Shown one piece after another: positions 62,546 through 64,000 of a DNA stretch of 64,000 nucleotides. The first letter of the stretch is position 1, and each line of letters starts with the position of its first letter. Position numbers and translations under genes: made by a program. The notes below the pieces were generated by a model. It searched no databases and was not told the origin of the DNA. It saw only the letters and a program-made list of their open reading frames with translations. This stretch comes from Octopus bimaculoides (lineage: Eukaryota). The stretch covers positions 68,490,950-68,554,949 of the forward strand of contig NC_068983.1 in assembly GCF_001194135.2 (NCBI RefSeq), read 5' to 3'.

Positions 62546-63194
62546 TATATATATATATATGCACACAACTGAACCCTTATGACACCTGCCACTATTCAGC
62601 ATCTCTCCAAGTGCAGATCTTCCTTGGTACTTCTTACTTTTCTTACTAGCCAGAGCCATTCCATTTATCACCCATCCTTCATCCATTAAGATTATTCTCT
62701 CCACCCACACTTTCATTGATCACTACCCCCACCACCACTACCACCGAGTCACCAAGTTATCTTTTCTTTCCCCGTTACCATAATCTCTCACATCTCCTCA
62801 GACATTATGCTAGCCTTTCTCTTCCCCACTCACTCCAACAACCTACCTAACATCAAATCATCCCTCTCTTGGCCTTCTCCGGTCTACTGTTTCATCATTA
62901 CTATTCATCTGCATTGTCAGTCATCTCCTACTCAACTCCCACTCCCAGTCTCTCTGCCCTACTCATTTCCACTCACTTTGTAACTGTGAAGGTCCAACCC
63001 AATACCTTATCACCATTATTTCAATTGCTTTCCAGCTACACTCTATCACCCTTCTTCTTTTGAGTTGAGGGTTTAGGGATCAGGGTTAGGATTTGGGTTT
63101 AGGGTTAAATGGAAAAATAGGATTCAAAACATTCCATTTGTGAATATCTTTTTTTATCTGATATTCTGCCTTGTGTTTGACTAGAAATTTTTGG

Positions 63195-63420
63195 ACTGGG
63201 ATATGTGTTGTGTTCAGCTGTAGAAATGAGTTGTGACATCATTGATGCCAAGCTGTATCAACTTTTGCCTTTCCCATGGATAACATCGTTGGTGTGGAGA
63301 GGGGAGGCTAGTATACATGGGCGACTGCTGGTCTTCCATAAACAACTTTGCCCAGACTTGTGCCTTGGAGGGGAACTTTCTAGGTGCAATCTCATGGTCA
63401 TTCATGACTGAAAGGGGTCT
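63195..63420 (+). mobile_element. SINE family E, 5'-truncated
   Basis: Colinear with 24578-24880. Confidence 0.8.
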
Positions 63421-63795
63421 TTATATATATATACAATGATATGTAATTGTCAGATCCAAGGACCTACGTGTAGGAAATTAGTAAGCTTTGAGCAGTCCAT
63501 AGTAGGTATAAAAAAACAACTTTCAGGAATAATAATAGTTTATTGGCATAGAAGGTTGTAGGTCTTTTTGCATATTGAAGTTCAATATGCTGAAAAATGT
63601 TTCTTTATAGTTCACAGTTAGTATCTAGGGTTGCTATGAATGCAAATAAATATCCAAATTGAGGGAATGGAGCAGGTACAATCCAGGCTACATATGTTTC
63701 CTAGCTAGTAGAACCTCAGTAATTATTACGTCCAAGGTTCTGCTAGCTAGTAAACATATGTAACCTGAATTTTACTTGCTCCATTTCCTCACTTT

Positions 63796-63863
<68 letters not shown>

Positions 63864-64000
63864 GCTTACACTAGTAGCAATGTTTAACTTTTTCTCAACA
63901 TCGGAGTTGCCTCCCTTCGAAAATAATTTTGTCAATTATGCAAAAGATTACGGATGTAATTTTAACATTGATTGAATTTTTTTTTACTCACTGCCTTTGG

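Overview
Repeat-saturated eukaryotic DNA from a gapped draft assembly. It is AT-rich, has many N runs and is dense in (CA)n/(TA)n/(TACA)n/(ATC)n/(AAT)n/(ACC)n microsatellites. The SINE/LINE content is consistent with an octopod cephalopod genome (inference, no search run). Almost all ORFs in the supplied track are microsatellite translations. What is supportable: (i) several tRNA-derived SINE families, RTE-clade and R4/Dong-clade LINE fragments, DD37D (maT) and mariner remnants, TTAA, hAT and Tc1-type MITEs, and a solo LTR; (ii) a chain of short minus-strand GT-AG exons of an unidentified protein-coding gene, so most of the window is probably intronic; (iii) at least five minimal type I hammerhead-ribozyme motifs of three unrelated sequence types, each with the self-complementary stem III typical of Penelope-like-element ribozymes. 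The most striking object is a 545-bp palindrome at 46889-47433. It consists of two head-to-head units (tRNA-like Pol III head, then (AAT)n, then a hammerhead, then an (AATGTAAAT)n tail), inserted as one unit with a 14-bp target-site duplication. All structure calls were made by eye and none is computationally or experimentally verified.
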